DNA of 64,000 bases from Bispira polyomma (lineage: Eukaryota), in assembly GCA_965649765.1 (NCBI GenBank), contig OZ287751.1, positions 42,904,001-42,968,000 on the forward strand. Direction: 5' to 3'. The translations under genes were made by a program, and so were the position numbers. Below the pieces are notes generated by a model. The model saw only the letters and a list, made by a program, of their open reading frames with translations, had not been told where the DNA came from and searched no databases. This document shows, piece by piece, positions 61,634 through 64,000 of this stretch; the stretch's first letter is position 1, and each line of letters begins with the position of its first letter.

Positions 61634-61905
61634 AGAGAAATGAATCACTTGTTAATTAGAGCTCACGTCTTTTATAATGAAATTTCGGACGTCAGAGAAA
61701 GCCCCACAGACGTGACGTGATTCTTGTGTGTCTGGATTGACAGGGGCTCTGAAATTTGTGTTAATATATTAATAAGTCACAGGAATTTGTCTAATTTACT
61801 GGAGTAATTGACACATTCATTGCAAACTTTTTTCACAGAATCAAGTTCTTACATATTCATCAGTCATATTCAATGTGTATTTGAAAAGTTAAGGTGCCTA
61901 TTGTG
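61634..61905 (-). pseudogene. Orphan H1 promoter (28th unit with CDS and stem-loop deleted)
   Basis: Spacer ...ACTTGATATATTATA is joined directly to AGAGAAATGAATCACTTG...TTTTATAATG...GGACGTCA...GTGACGTGA; ~1.1 kb is missing relative to a normal unit. Confidence 0.9.
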
Positions 61906-62679
61906 CCAGTACTAGCACTGACAATTTTGTATCCGCGGCTATTTTTATTGTCTTTTTATTTAAACGGTTATCTTTGCTAGAAATCGGCGCACTTCCATAT
62001 CCTGTTTTGATGAAAATGAACTGGTTTTCATAAGAAATGTAACTAATTGCCTTTGTGTGGTTGTTTGACAATGTTGTAAGCTGTAATCTGTCTTGGCATC
62101 TTTACTTATTGATGTTTTGGGTGCAGGTGAGTTTGAGTGGAATGATTTGATTGGTTCTATTATGTGTTCTGTAATGACTGTGTTCAGTAAATTCTGGAAA
62201 TTATCTTTTTTAGTTATATCAGTACTTTTACTATTAAGTTTATTAATGAAGTCAAGAATGTTTTGTTATTGTACACTATATTATACATGACCTGTGATAA
62301 AAATAGTTTAATCTATAGTTTGGTATTGGTGCATTGAGTTAGTTTATGGTGCTATATTAACTTAAATGTGATAGTCTAGTCATTCTGAATAGAACAGCAT
62401 TGTTGGTAGGTTTGTAGTTGTCTTGTATATAGTTGTATATAGATTTATGTAGTTTTTAATAACAGTAAAGTTTTACAGGTAGTATTGCATAGTTTATATT
62501 TTTGGTTTAATATTGTTAAAAGGCAATTTAATTGTAATTGAATTGTCTAATTTATTTTGGTATTGCTAGCAGTGATATGGTGGTTAGAAGTAATTACGTA
62601 AATTATTAATGTAGTATTTATTTGTATTTGTGCATATTCTTAATGAGGTTAAATTTGTTTTGTTTTGGTGATGTTCTGA

Positions 62680-62866
62680 GCCGGAGCCTGTAGCCGTATT
62701 ACTGTGTGGTGTAACTGCCGTACTACCTGGTGAGATTTGCTAATAAACAATTTTAGTTAAGCCACTCTTTTCATTCTTTGGTTACCACTACGATCTCGTC
62801 AAGCCCGGAAACCTCACATATCCCTGGTATGAAGTTGGGTCCGGCAACATTGGAACCCCTAGTGAG
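62680..62866 (+). mobile_element. Possible LTR 3' end plus degenerate primer-binding site of an LTR retrotransposon
   Basis: AATAAA near 62743, then ...GGCAACA followed after 1 nt by TGGAACCCCTAGTGAG (62851-62866), which resembles a tRNA-Met-type PBS. No second LTR or gag/pol recognised. Confidence 0.3.
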
Positions 62867-63368
62867 ATTGTGAGATCCTGCGTGTCAACCAGAAGAACAC
62901 CTGCACTGATAGATAAGTGGCTTACTTAGCTAAGTGAGAAACAACATACCTGGTGGTCGTTAGTGTGCTTTGTCTTTACTACTTGTGTCACAGTTATCGT
63001 CAGGGAGAGTATGGAGTGATTCAAGTGAAAGTTTCGTGTGATAGGCTTCGTTCTGTGTAGGAGGGAACATTTGCCGAAAGTGAATATGCACAGTAAAATT
63101 GTAGCCGGTATGCACATAGATACCAGTTTTGGGCAAGAAAAGTGAGAGATACCTGAAAGTAGTGAATTGTTAGAAACAATACTCTAATGCAAGTGACTGA
63201 ACCTGGCTAACATAGTATAAGTTATGTTTTTAAGTAATTGCTAGTTTATTCTTATTTAATTGGCTAATCACATTGACTATATTAAGCTGCCTCCAGTTGA
63301 AGACTGCGAACTAGTTTCCACATCAGCTTTATCCTTAGCCTGCGGACCAGGCTATAAATCACCTTTAG

Positions 63369-63460
63369 CAGTGTGTGAACTTCGCGAAAAAGTGTGGTGG
63401 CCCTTCGGGCCACCAGATTTTATAGCTTGGTGGCCCGGATTAGAATCAAGTGGCCCAATA
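63369..63460 (+). mobile_element. Possible DNA transposon/MITE terminus (hAT-like)
   Basis: Starts CAGTG; subterminal GTGGCCC motif three times, including the perfect hairpin TGGTGGCCC-TTC-GGGCCACCA (63395-63415). The partner end is not in the window. Confidence 0.35.
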
Positions 63461-63584
63461 CTTAGTAATGAAAAATTAAGCTATAAAATTTTTTTTCAGA
63501 ATACGACCTAAAATTTTTAATGTATAAAATATATATTGTGTAATGTAAAAAAAAATTGGCTAAAAATTTATCTGCCCCTCAGCA

Positions 63585-64000
63585 AGAGGGGTCGAGTTAA
63601 CTGTGAAACACAGAATTTGAAATTTAATAATTAATCAAGCCCAGTCATTTAACCCCAAAGTGAGGGCCACAGGATGGGTCAAAAATATATTCATTTATTT
63701 ATATACATTGTATATACATTTTGAATGAGGGGGCCAGAGGGGTCGAGTTGACTGTGAAACACTGAATTTGCACTGAATTCGAAATTTAAAAAATAAGCAA
63801 GCCCAATTATTTATATCCAAAGACAGGTCACAAGATGGGCCGAAAATATATTTATTTATATATTTATTTCAAGCAAGGGGGCCAGAGAAGTCGAATTGAC
63901 TGTGAGACACTAAATTTGCACTGAATTTAAATTTAAATCAAAGCAAGCCCAGTTATTTAACCCCAAAGAGAAGGCCACAAGAATCGAGATGGGCCGAAAA
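63585..64000. repeat. ~150-bp diverged tandem repeat, about three units, running off the window
   Basis: AGAGGGGTCGAGTT(A/G)ACTGTGAAACAC...CAAGCCCA...CCAAAG...GATGGG units start at 63585, 63736 and 63884. Confidence 0.85.

Larger units (their letters stand above)
6324..61905 (-). repeat. Tandem array of a ~2.03-2.05 kb unit, each with one histone H1 gene (27 gene copies + terminal promoter-only partial unit)
   Basis: Near-identical units. H1 start codons are spaced 2024-2054 bp apart from 7830 to 60686. Left edge at AGCTACTTGGTGTG (6324); similarity is lost after ~61905. Confidence 0.98.

Noticed and set aside
6324-61905. Core histone genes, 5S rRNA or snRNA genes in the spacers, as in other invertebrate histone repeats
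   Set aside because: No H2A/H2B/H3/H4 peptides in any frame of the ORF track, and no 5S internal control region or snRNA signature recognised by eye. A covariance-model scan would be needed to exclude small RNAs completely.
6324-61905. CRISPR-like or prokaryotic repeat system
   Set aside because: Units are ~2 kb near-identical gene repeats with no unique spacers and no cas genes; the context is eukaryotic.
61910-62680. AT-rich strand-biased stretch with short ORFs right of the array
   Set aside because: No motif recognised; cannot assign a gene or element.

Overview
Eukaryotic DNA, probably from a marine invertebrate. The H1 protein most resembles echinoderm sperm H1, but the host cannot be fixed from sequence alone. 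About 55.6 kb (6324-~61905) is one complete head-to-tail tandem array of a ~2.03-2.05 kb unit. Each unit carries one intronless linker histone H1 gene on the minus strand, with N-terminal SPAK/SPKK motifs, a winged-helix domain and a Lys/Ala tail. Each gene has a TATA + clustered CRE-like promoter and a histone 3' stem-loop with a purine-rich downstream element. No core histone genes are present. There are 27 gene copies: 25 intact ORFs of 184/187/193 aa, one nonsense copy and one frameshifted copy. A 28th unit keeps only the promoter. Copy-specific variants show dimeric and 10-unit higher-order duplications, alleles retained at both edges, and sub-lineages with damaged TATA, CRE or stem-loop. 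The +1 frame of the Lys-rich tail is an open Arg-rich, protamine-like frame in 14 copies. The left flank (1-6323) is a nest of decayed mobile elements: a DIRS/Ngaro-like gag relic, a PIF/Harbinger relic carrying a tRNA-derived SINE with a 15-bp TSD, and a split CR1/L2-group LINE. The right flank has a possible LTR/PBS remnant, a possible DNA-transposon end and a ~150-bp tandem repeat. All family assignments are by eye; no searches were run.
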